From Tubiluchus corallicola (lineage: Eukaryota; Animalia; Priapulida): 64,000 nt of DNA. The notes beneath the pieces are model-generated. The model made no database searches. It had not been told where the DNA came from and saw nothing but the letters and a program-made list of their open reading frames with translations. Both the position numbers and the translations under genes were made by a program. Positions 34,363-46,800 of this stretch are shown here, in pieces. The DNA lies in assembly GCA_030141605.1 (NCBI GenBank), contig JAQGDQ010000058.1, forward strand, positions 591,852 through 655,851, in the 5' to 3' direction. The stretch's first letter is position 1, and each line of letters starts with the position of its first letter.

Positions 34363-34975
34363 ATTAGAGAAACACCTTCACAGAAAACACTACTTCGTCT
34401 TGTAGGGAAAATCATTCGATGAAGTAGATGCTCCTTCTGAAAAGTGTAGAGCCAGGAATGCTATGAGAGAAACCACGTCGCCAGGGGGAAGGAACTCAAG
34501 AAAACCACTCTACCAGAGAGCTGAAGAAAGCCACCTTGTTAGAAAACCGTTTTGTCAAAAAGAACAATGCCTGCACTTGCCAAGGAATGCATTCAATCAG
34601 AAAATTCTATCCGGTGCAGCTGCTAAATACCTTATTTGGAAACATACCTGTGCGGGAAACCACGTAGGAAAATCAGCTCTCTCGGGAGAATTTGAAGTCA
34701 CATTCTCCCAGAAGCCAAACCATCATACAAGACAACCTGTCACCCTGTCAAAGAAGCACCACAACAAACGATGCCATATCAAAGAGCCCGAGAAATGACC
34801 TTTTCAGGAAATCCACATCGTCAACAAAAACAACATTGTCACTTGCCAGGCAACTACATTGACAAGAAACCGTGTCAAAAAGCCACGCCCCAGGAAAGTC
34901 AGGAAGCCGCCTCTTCAACGAACCTCCATCGGTGAAGCCATGCACTCAATCAGAAGCCTGCTGCGCCTGAAAAGC
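34363..34975. repeat. Highly diverged ~15-16-bp-unit minisatellite-like tract
   Basis: Recurring AGAAA(A/G)CCAC..TGTC-like units, e.g. agaaagccaccttgtt, agaaaaccgttttgtc, ggaaatccacatcgtc, aagaaaccgtgtc, aaaaagccacgcccc. GC content is higher than in the flanks. Confidence 0.45.
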
Positions 34976-35252
34976 AATGACCAAGCCTTACTGTATTACA
35001 CGCTGTTTAACGCATCTAAGCTTGCATAACGTATTGGAATACTACTTGTAAGTATTCCTGTTAACTTGATAATGTGCGGGGCTAAGCTCTCAAAATCCTA
35101 AGAGAGCGTCTCACATGCTAGAGCGAGGCAATTTGTGCTGTTGGTGGCAAATAATTCAGATTTGCACTGAACCTAACTTGCAGGGATTTTGGCATATGCA
35201 TCTGTAGTATTTTTACCTGTATTATATTGTTTTTTGAATTAGTAATACGTAT

Positions 35253-35636
35253 TGTAGCGGGTCGCAGAATCAACTCGTCACGGGCTTCGTGAATATGTAG
35301 TGTATTGAATGTAAAATTGCCTGTGCCAATCAGAGCTCAGTTTTCTAGGCCAATTTTCTCGAGCGTGTAACCTGTTCTCGTAGATTCGAGGGCAGTGCGT
35401 TCTCGGCCATTTTCGGCTTCGGTTTCATTTTGTTTTTCTCTTCTTGGTTGCTGTTATTAAGTCAGTCGTGATTCAGTAATTTTTGGTTCAATCTATTGGT
35501 TTGCATTTCGCCTCAACGCGTAAGTGTCAGCTATGAACTGTTGTTAAGTGTTTCATTTTACTGTTTTTCTTTCTTTTCTTTTTTTATAATTTTCTTGAGT
35601 TAACTATGTATCCTTGCTATCATAGACGGCGTCACA
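35253..35636 (+). mobile_element. Solo LTR of an LTR retrotransposon (Gypsy-like), 384 bp
   Basis: Begins TGTAGCG (35253) and ends CGTCACA (35636): TG...CA termini with a short imperfect inverted repeat. An identical 4-bp GTAT lies on both flanks (35249-35252, 35637-35640). Internal CCAATCAG box and GTAAGT donor-like site at 35520. Confidence 0.72.
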
Positions 35637-36158
35637 GTATAATAATATAATTTTTTGGCTATTGCAACACATTGACTTGTCTGAGGATTGGCTCTTTCAC
35701 ACGGTTCCCTATCAGTGTAGTTTCCTGGCATGTTGGACTTTTTGGCAGGTGACAACACTCAAACGCATCAAGACCCGTGCTTTAAAGTAGGGTCGTTCTA
35801 TTGGTCTAAATGTGGTAATGCTTTCACATCTCTTCCATAGAAAGAATTAAACATCGCATTACTCAAAGGTGCATGGTTGTGTTCTTTTTTCTTTACAACA
35901 TCTCGTTAATTAAATTTCAAGATTAACTTAGCAGTTAGTCTCTATATTTAAGCGCTAATTAGAAATAGGCTTTTCTTACCTATTATTTGCTTTTCTGTAA
36001 ATTATAGCCACCAAGTAACATGTACTGAGCTATAATTAAAGTACACTTCAGAAACTACGGTAGTAACTATTAGTCTATATGTTTAATCTGCTTTTAAGAC
36101 TACAGCCATCAAATTAAAACCTCATTATAATGGTTAGTCACGGTACATGCTTGGCCGT

Positions 36159-36215
36159 GAAGTTAAGCAGCGGCGAGCCTGGTTACCAAAATGGATGAGT
36201 GGCTATCGAGAAAAC
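36159..36215 (+). pseudogene. Degenerate 5S rRNA-derived fragment (5S pseudogene or SINE3-type head)
   Basis: gaagttaagcagcggcgagcctggttaccaaaatggatgagtggc resembles the internal control region of animal 5S rRNA (GAAGCTAAGCAGGGTCGGGCCTGGTTAGTACTTGGATGGGAGAC). The flanks do not complete a 5S gene. Confidence 0.5.
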
Positions 36216-36449
36216 TGCTTTGGAACAGTTTTGTCTACTATGCTACCGGCTATTTCTCTGTTTCAGGACGTACACGCATCGGAATACAGCTTTGCTGGTG
36301 CAAAATCACTCTTTTAGAAAATTAGTAGAAAAAGTAGCTGCTCAATCTAACTACATAGAATCCCAACTTGCGAGACTTGTATAAAAAACTAATTCCCGGT
36401 TCTTGCTATAGCTTGGTCTTAACAGTTTTCATACCCAACAAAATCAAGT

Positions 36450-37304
36450 GCTGGGTGTGTCATCTTGCCTCAGTTTTCTCGGTCACCCTAGCTTTTTTCC
36501 CGTAACAATAGTTGCCTAGTTATACATGTAGTAGCATATAGTAAAACTTAGCACGCCCAAATAGCTTGGGGGCAAAACCACACTCATAAGAAAAGATGAT
36601 GATTTAATGCGATTTGATGGGTTGGAAGTTTTCGACAGTATCAATAATTATACTCACTTTTTAGGTATGAAAGAATTTTGGCGTCAAGTAGCATGTAATT
36701 TCTTAATGACGTGACAGAAATTACAACACAAACCAATCAAGTGTCCGTACAAATCAAGTAACTTTAGACAAACAAAAACTGCTAAGCGTTATTTTTTTAT
36801 TTTTGTTTATTAACTCTCCGAATAAACATGCTATTGAAATACAATGAACTTTATTTCAGTGTGGTCGCCATTGCCATGTGTAACTAAAAATACTCCTAAA
36901 AAATCACTAATTCCAAACTAGTGTAAAAGTATGAGAAGACTACGCAAATGAAAAGACAAAGACCAAATTAGTAAGTAGTAGTGATGATGCAGCCTACTGA
37001 TGTTCAGCTGGGTGTGTCATCTTGCCTCAGTTTTCTCGGTCACCCTAGCTTTTTTCCCGTAACAATAGTTGCCTAGTTATACATGTAGTAGCATATAGTA
37101 AAACTTAGCACGCCCAAATAGCTTGGGGGCAAAACCACACTCATAAGAAAAGATGATGATTTAATGCGATTTGATGGGTTGGAAGTTTTCGACAGTATCA
37201 ATAATTATACTCACTTTTTAGGTATGAAAGAATTTTGGCGTCAAGTAGCATGTAATTTCTTAATGACGTGACAGAAATTACAACACAAACCAATCAAGTG
37301 TCCG
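36450..37304. repeat. Complex duplication B-A'-B': 298-bp direct duplication with a 260-bp copy of 33663-33922 inserted at the junction
   Basis: 36450-36747 equals 37007-37304. 36749-37008 equals 33663-33922 (one substitution seen, aactttccg vs aactctccg). Confidence 0.95.
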
Positions 37305-38981
37305 CATTAATAAACTCTTTTGCAGGCGGTGATATCTTATGGTGGAGTTTGGAACGAACACTACCCATTAAAAGTTTAAACTAAACTATAGGTCTAGCGA
37401 ATATTTTCCAAAAAACAATCGCAAAAAACTCGTTTACTTAGATAGGTTTAAACTGTGACAAAATTTTGAAAAAGACTTAAGTTTTTATTTAGCAAAATGG
37501 CAAAAAGAAAAAAGGGCCTCCCAAAAACTCAACCGTTCCCACGATTAACAGAAAACACTCAAACTCAAGAATAAATCTCACAAATGCTATACTAAAAAGC
37601 TCAACTAACATTTCATTTCAAATAAAATAATGGCGAAAGGAATAGCTGAATGATCACACTGTGCGCTTTGGAACAAAGTTGAGCAACACTGCTGATAGGA
37701 AAATAGATGGGTCACCTCTGGAAAAACTATTTTTGAATAGTTTCATCTACTACACAGTCTTTCGTTTAATCTCTTAATGAAGAAGGATTGAATATACATC
37801 CCAACGTGGCAAAAACCCTTTTGTCACTTCAGTATCATAGAGGATTATCATTGGTAATTAGCTAGATTCCAACCCGCCACAACAACTCATAATTAAAATT
37901 AGGCCTTGCTGTTAAATGCTGTCAGTCTTGAAGTGAATATAAAAACGTGTGCTTTGTGCTGTTATCCGTCTACACATGTCACAAACGCTTCCAATAAGGG
38001 ACTACTTAGCTATAAACTCCGAAACAGAATCAGTATGACTTCAAAAAATCCCATAAATTAACAGAGATAGTTATCTATTAACAACAACTTGAAAAATGTA
38101 CTCCATCTTTTAACTCAGCTTGTCTAAATTTCGCTCGAGATCGGCCAAGCAAAAAGCATCGAACCCGTGACTGCACGACCATGCGTGACCATCCTAAGAG
38201 CATGGTCACCACTTTTCAAGCAATCAACACTTTTCGCACAGTGAATGAACAAGTAGAGATCCATCTGGTTTCTCCCAAGGAATGAATTCGCCAGAGACTT
38301 AAGATGATTGAGGATTAAGACCCAGATAAGCAAACAGCCAAACGCTACTGACTGTACGTCATAATAGCTTAATAATTATGGTCTTCGTAGATTAAAACTG
38401 CAGATAAAAACGCTGCGAATTATGATTAAAACAGCCACAGTAAGCAAACAGTAATTACAGAAAGTGATTTAAGTAAAGCTATTCCAGGAGAATATTCATA
38501 AAATCTATCTGTGAAAGGAGGAGCTGTAATTAGACATGGTAAAATTTATAGTACATGCAAGTGAATTTTGCTGACGAATTTTAATAAGTCTAAGCAACAC
38601 ATTTTTTCGACAGACTGGTAAAATTACTATACATATAGTTCTTGTATTATATATAAATAATCATATGACGTGAGCTGCATCTTTGAAATATTTGAATTAA
38701 AGTAAAAGTGCGTTTTCTATTAAAAATCTGGGTTAGTATCGCTATGCATACGCATGTAGTACTCATAATTGTGAATGAAGTATCGAAGTAGATATGTAAC
38801 ATTTTGTTAGACCACAGAAGAAAGTGAGGAAAGGAGAAAAGTCAGCAAACAAATAAGGAAAGAAAATTGAGGAAGAAAGAAACAACAGAATGTAGAATAG
38901 CGGAAATGAGAAAGAAAAGGGACGGAAAGAAAACAGAAAGAAGGAATGCAGTTATGGAGGCAGGAAAGAAAGGAAGAAAAT

Positions 38982-38984
38982 AAG

Positions 38985-39035
<51 letters not shown>

Positions 39036-39086
39036 GAAAGGAAGAAAATAAGAAAGAAAGAAAGAAAGAGAGAGAGAGCGAGAGAG

Positions 39087-39165
<79 letters not shown>

Positions 39166-39192
39166 GAGAGAAAGAGAGAAAGAGAGAAAGAG

Positions 39193-39286
<94 letters not shown>

Positions 39287-39287
39287 C

Positions 39288-39331
<44 letters not shown>

Positions 39332-39336
39332 AAAAA
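38982..39336. repeat. Compound (AG)n/(AAAG)n polypurine microsatellite
   Basis: Read directly from the sequence. It generates the spurious ERERKK and SFFL ORFs. Confidence 0.97.
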
Positions 39337-40389
39337 CAAACTAACAAAAATTTTCCTTCACATTAAATACTAGGTACTTCGTATGAAATAGTTACAGAAT
39401 TCCGACTTGGCTTCACCAAGATTCTGCAAGACTGAATGAGAGTATTTACCATGTTAAAGATTATATTATTAATGAAGCATCCCATAAATCGATTGCAGAG
39501 TACAAGCTCATATATCAGCAAACAACAACACGAGCGCGACCTTATGAAAACAATACATTTATTGGAAAAACAGACATTTCCTTGTGAGACTCGTTGCGTT
39601 TCTTATCTCCTGTATGGGGAAGTAAGAACCATTACAACGCATTACGTTCTGACTGATGAAAGAAACCGCCATGTCGATGCCGCCATGTTTGTTGGAAGAA
39701 AATCTTCAAAGAAAATGGTGGCACTGATAGTAACACGGAAGAGAATACCGCATTTCACGCAGTTTACGCACTTCGGGTTTGCAACTTCCTCCACTGCGTT
39801 TTTTCTTAATTTTTTCCCTAGATTAAATCTTGACTGCCGATGTCTAAGAGAGGGGTCTAGTCGGCACTTTGTAACCGCAAATACTGATTTATGTTACTGC
39901 ATTAATTGAATATGTTTGTTATATTATGTTATATCTGATCATGGAATAAAGCATTTATGAGAGTTTACATGTAGATTTATCATTTACTGGACATCAAATG
40001 TTCAACTTTGAGAAAAATCTTTGCCTGCCTTTTGGAGGCCGTGTTGACTGCCCATTGAACGCAAAACCGCTTGAAAGTTACACACATTAAATAGGCTCTC
40101 TCCGTGTGGTAAAGAACCACCCATGTGATAATGATAAAAGAGAGTTTTAGAAATTACGATACGATATGAAACATCTTGTACAACACATTTACTGCATTAA
40201 AAACTAAATTTCACTCCCTAATTGAGGAAGCTTAATTAGCGAAAATTTCATTCGATTTAATGAAAAGGGAAAAAAGGATGAATGTGGGTTAAACAAAGAA
40301 AAGGCAGAATTGAAATAAAGACGAAAAACTGAGAAAAGAAGGGAAGTAGGGAAGTAGAAAATAATAAAGGGACAAAAAGAAGGAAACGC

Positions 40390-40874
<485 letters not shown>

Positions 40875-43800
40875 CTGCAAACTACTTGCCATTAAATAAT
40901 TTCAGCAATGCTGTAAAATTCAGGCTTGATCGAATTTCACTTTCAAAAGCTATTATAATTCATTATTCCTACATTCAGCCATTAGTAACGTACATCTACT
41001 TCATGTATGATGGGCAGTCACAACGGGACTCCCATGGCCCTTGGGTGATTACTATTTACCAATTATCCTATAGTAGTCGGGTTTCAAACTAGGTTTTCAC
41101 ACGCTCTTATAATGCATTAGCATCAGTGCATGTGCAGTCTGAGGACATTGTCAAACTGCCAACAAATAATATTGATCGGCGAGCTTCTGTGTGCTTGGAG
41201 AATCTGACAAGGGCTTCTGTAGGGCTAGAATGTTGTCATTAACTGTACCTACACAAGAAATACGTCGCACCGCAAAACTAACATATCGCTGATCCAATCA
41301 TTCTTTCGTTTGTTTATTTATTCACTCAATAAGTAAATAAATTGAAACACGAAGTAAAATAACTTGCCCTTTTACGTATCACCCTTTCATTTATCCATTC
41401 ATTTATTCATTCAGTCATTCGTTCGTTCATTCATGCACTCATTCATTCACTTGCTTGTCTGTTCATCGAATACATGAGACCACGAAATAAATTAACTTGG
41501 TTTTTATCTGCACAATGATTCATTAGTGCATTCACTTGCTCATTCGAATGTAACTCACTTTTTTGTTCCTTTGTTTCATTTTTTCTCTTTCTCTGCTTCA
41601 TTTTCTCTTTCCCTGATTTGTTTATAATAGAATATATGCTTTCAGCTGTCATTGAAAATCTCGTGTGAGCCTAGACTATTTAATCGTTTACAAGAAATTA
41701 GAAATTCAAACAATCCAGCGGAAAAACGCAACAGTGACAGCCCTACACTATTTCTATGGGTAGCTTGACTAGCTCCTTTATTATTCATGAGCACGTTGCA
41801 TAACACTAAAATGCAGGTCTGAACGCTTTCGCACCAAATCTCAGTTATTGCTCGATAATTACATAAAACTGACGTAATTAGTGACGTAAGCGCCGTCTAG
41901 AAGTGGCAGTTTCACTAGACGCAAATTGATTCATGATTTATGTTATCATCGTTGACGTTGAATTAGTAATAACCTATTACTATGCCGCGCTATATATAAA
42001 GAATGCGTAACAGTCAAATAAAAAGCAGAACTCTAGCTCCATTTTCGACATCCATTTCAGACTTTTGACCTTTCATTTTTACGTTCGAGTGGAGCACAAA
42101 TAGTCTGGCATTCCTAATTTTACCCTATCTTTTGACCTTACAAAGAAAATATTGTCCCATTCAAAAGTATTGGCATATCAGCATCACGATATTAATATGA
42201 CATTGATTTCTGATCCTTGACCTTGATCTCTGTTACTCATCTCAAACAAAAAAGAACCAGTGACATATTTCAAAAATAGATTCGAATTATGCTGTTTGCG
42301 TTACACGGCGCCGCTTGATATAATTATTATGAATTCCTCAAACAGTTAGTTCAGTCTGTAGACACTTGAACAAGGGAAAATGGAAACTGTACCTCAAGTA
42401 CTTCATGCTGGAAGCTGTGGCAGCTATTAGCAGCACTGGTCAAGTACTCCCATAGAGGAATGGCAATAAAACCCCCTGAAGAAATAGTATAAGTTAAGTC
42501 CCACGAAGGAATCCTGCAATCATCAGCAACGTGAAATTGTGACGAGTTACGCCCGGCATAATAATGATCACCTCCCCCTTTATCGAGTGATCTCCATACT
42601 CAAGGGTGCTTGTAAAATGCACGAGGAACTCAAAAGTGGTGACACGCGCGAACGAAATAAACAAGGTCCTTATTGTCTCATTAAAACTAATATTTCAAAA
42701 GAGATTTCTTGAGAATTAAAGAGGCAGCTTGGTATGAGAATCTGAAAAGTAATGCATAGTATTTGGTCCCAATTTTTTGCTTTTTATTTTCTTGATCGCA
42801 TCTCTTTTTGTCTCTTTGTGTTCTCTCTGTCTAGTTGTTTGTTTGTTTGTTTAGGACAACCTGTATAACAACCTGATTTGTAAAGTTATTCACCTTCGAT
42901 TTCTCATGAATGGCGTTGTCACTAGAAGTATGAGGTCCATAATGATGTGAATCTCACGGTGCTTTAAATGCAGTGTCAGTTAATGCCCATGTGTTTGAAA
43001 TAATATTTTTATAGGCACTCATTTTTTAGCAAACTTGTTCAGAGCAAGATCTAATTAGATGGAAGTCTGCTTCACATTAATTTCCGTGCCACAGAGGCTC
43101 CTGCTTATGATTCACTGAAAAACCCATTGTTGCTTCTGATTCAGACAATTACACGAATTCTATAGTGACTATTTAAACTGACGGAGGCTCTATATTTATG
43201 GCTGTAGAAATGTAGCTAGAAAGCTACAGCTATCCAGCAGAAACGTGAACTCTCTACACTGACAAACTCTCTTTAACGAAACAGTTAAAAAGGTCGTTGT
43301 TGCAGAACAAAACATGCGTATTTCACCTAAAGACGGTGGCAGTTTTGTAATATAGATTCTTGTCCAACTTAGTGGATCTAAAACCCTAATCGTCTAAGTT
43401 GGCTAAGCCAGTTATTTAACGGCATTTTGATTTACGCAGCAACTTACGTGGTACGGCATAAGTTTAGCTGATGGTATAGCAAAATACATATAAAAACAAA
43501 AACATATGCATCATCACCACCACCATCATCATCATCATCATCAATATGTAATGATATGCTAAGTAATACATGCTGCCATTTATCACGTTTTGCATGGCGA
43601 TTAACAAGTGTCGATGACAACAGACGAAATCACACTAAACTATTAGTTTTCATCTGTGCCACAACTGCTTACCAGTTTTGAATTTTGCTTCGAGCTGCAG
43701 ACGTTTTAAGCCAAGAAACCAAATAAAAATTTCAAGACTCGACCGAAATCCCGAGAAATTAAAATAATAATAGTGATCTTCTCGCAGGAGTCCTGCTTGG

Positions 43801-46800
43801 ATTTCTTAATCAAACACCATCAGGGTTTTCTCACCGATTATTCCCGGCTTTCCAGCGAACAACTCTCAGTCACGAAATTTCAATAAATCGTAAAAATCTT
43901 CACTGAAGCGAATTTGTAAATGATCTGATCAAATTTCTAGTCGGAACAAACGCAGCGAACCAAGGACTGTATCCACACAGAGGTTGCTTAAATGGTAGTG
44001 TTTGCACAAGAATTGGAACGAACTTACTAAGACGATTTTGTACATTATAATTATGATGATTGCTTCGATGAATTAAATCAATAAAAGTCACCCAAGCTTG
44101 AAAGCATTTGAAGGTTAACTAGACTCGTTTAGCATAGTAGTTCGGGTGTAAATTTCTTGTGGACAGCAACTACTAAAGACTTAGCAAAGCGGGGTATCCT
44201 AGCCTAATGTTGATAATGATGTGTAATGCTAATCTACACTACAGTCTAGCATCAGAAAATGAACTAGTTCATCAATGGACTGGCGTGTGGGATTTTTTTA
44301 TGATTATCGAGTCTCTTTCGACAAGACTTGTGTGAACACAAAAAATAAGTTCACTAATCCGGTTGACACGTAAACTTACTCAGGACAATTTAAAATATAA
44401 ATATCTTTCCACGGCAACTTGGGAAGTCAACGGACATATTTGTAATAACGATATTTTTTAATGACAATTGTGACATTTCGACAAAAAATATGACACAGCA
44501 ACAATCTGAAGTTATAATTTCAATATACAGCAATAAGAACAGAAAAGCAAGAGACAGCTATAAACTTGTGCAATGTAAAGGCACGTGTATTGCTGTACAA
44601 TTTCATGTCAATAGCGGTATGATGGTGATACTTCGTGAGATTTTGGCTTAGTAATAATACCTGCTGAGTGCTGACATGTGCAAACTTCTCTCCAAAAAAC
44701 GCGGCTTGCTTGCAGTCAGTTTGTAATTTATTCAAACTTCATATCTAACTGGTGAACGCAGTCAGTGCTGCTTAACTTGAAGGGTAAATCACAATGCAGT
44801 TTGGAGTAACGAGTGTCGTGACAATCTCAGTGTCATGTGTGTTATCCCAAGAAACCAAAACCAAAGATCATCAAGTATTTTTCAACAAGCAACGATAACT
44901 TTTAACAATTCGACTATATATAAGCTCTGTACGCTAACATTACATGCGATCGCCTACAATTTTAAAAGCGCCTCTTTGATCGCCGAAGCTCTACCAAGTT
45001 TTACTTTCATCTCTGCCAAACCATCTGGACACTTGAATGCCTGTAGTTGTTACAGTTTTGTGATTTCCAGAAGCCAAAGCTGAAGAAAAATAACCGGAAG
45101 AGGAAAATGATCGACTATTATCGAATTTAGCTTCAGTCTACACGGCACGGCAATATCGTTTTGCAGACACTGGCGTCGCAGTTTCGTCTCGTCTGAACAA
45201 GATACATGAATGACCGTCAGATCCGTTGAAATTTTCAATAAAATTTATGCTGTCCTTATTGGCGTGACTGACTGGGCAGTTATACTGTGTTGTCTGTATG
45301 CACTATGCTTAAAATGCAGCTGAGCCTGAGAAAACTCGGTAAAGTATAGCAAGGCCACACATACAATTTTAGTTGTGCGACTTATTGCTGCGAAATCTGA
45401 AAAACTAATATCTACGGAAGGAGCACGCACACTGCAAATAAAATAGCTGTAAAACAAAAAGTTTTAATTTGGGATCAAACATTTCATTGCGCAAATGATT
45501 TTTGAATGTGCTGTTTGAATACATACTGTTTTCAATGAGTACGCGGACAGACACGCACTTCAACCTGGTTTACTACAAATTACTCAAGCGATTAAACTTC
45601 AATTCAGTCCCACAAATTCGCTAGTTATTTTAAGCAGGTCTTTACTCTTACCATCTTAATACATTTCCTATAAGTAGGCCAAAGGTGTTATTGGAGTAGA
45701 ACTAAAATTGGTTTTCTAGAAAAGACCGCAAGGTTTTCCAGAAAACAGTCTTTTTCCCCCTTATTGGTAATTTTAGCTGAAGTGCTCATCCACCACATAA
45801 GACGGGGCTTTAAGCCTCTTGATTGAAAACCAAAGCTGTCACCACACAAAGCTTTTGTTTAAAAAGGTCATCAATTCATTGCAACAGCAGCCGTAGTCAG
45901 AAACGCTGTGATTGGCCGCTAATTTACCAGCAATTTGGAAAAAAGACGCCAAACAGTGACTTATTGTTGAACTCGGCATAGGTGAACACAAAAGGGAACA
46001 ATATATGGGGATGGTTTAAAAAGCCTTGCTGTAGAAAACGAGCACTTCTAAACCGGGAGTCGATCGATATTATTCGAACGTCAAAGAAGTTCTATTTGAG
46101 CTGCAGGGCTGATTAATAATAAATACCTCCTAACTGTAAATTTAGTGGAAAGTGAAAATGGCTGAATGCGTAGTCTTATAAAGTAACACGTACGTTTCTC
46201 TGTACACAGTGCATGTATACAGCGCCACAAAATTTTTCCTCCACACTTAAACCCAGAAAATGTGGACATGATATGCAGGTTTTGACTGTCATTGTATATG
46301 CAAGTAGTAATTTGGTATGAGTGTGTTATGAATTAATTCTGCAGACAACTAGAATGGCTGTCCATTAAACCGTAATCAAGCATTATATTTACATTCACTC
46401 GCTGTTTAGTTTCATAAAAAAACATATGTTCGCCCAGTAAGGTACAGGAAGTCTAGTGATTTTATCATTAACCACATTTTAAAAAAATATTACAAGTAAT
46501 ATTCCAGCAAAAAAGACAAATTGCATACTCTTGTGTTCACACGGCAAGTCACCATCTGCAACTAACACTGAATGATACTAACCATATTCCGCAGTCTTAA
46601 TTTTTATGGCTAAGCATACAATGTGACCACTGAGTTAGTCTCTCGCCTAAGCTTACTGATTTAGCTGTGCATCTTGTTTAGTTTAGCAGTAATTAGAAAA
46701 AGCTAACTTCTACTGTTCACAAACCAAACCTCAAGAAGTGATGATTTGACAGACGTACACTGTTTAAATAAAGACGTGATCGCGGATTCACCCAACAAAA

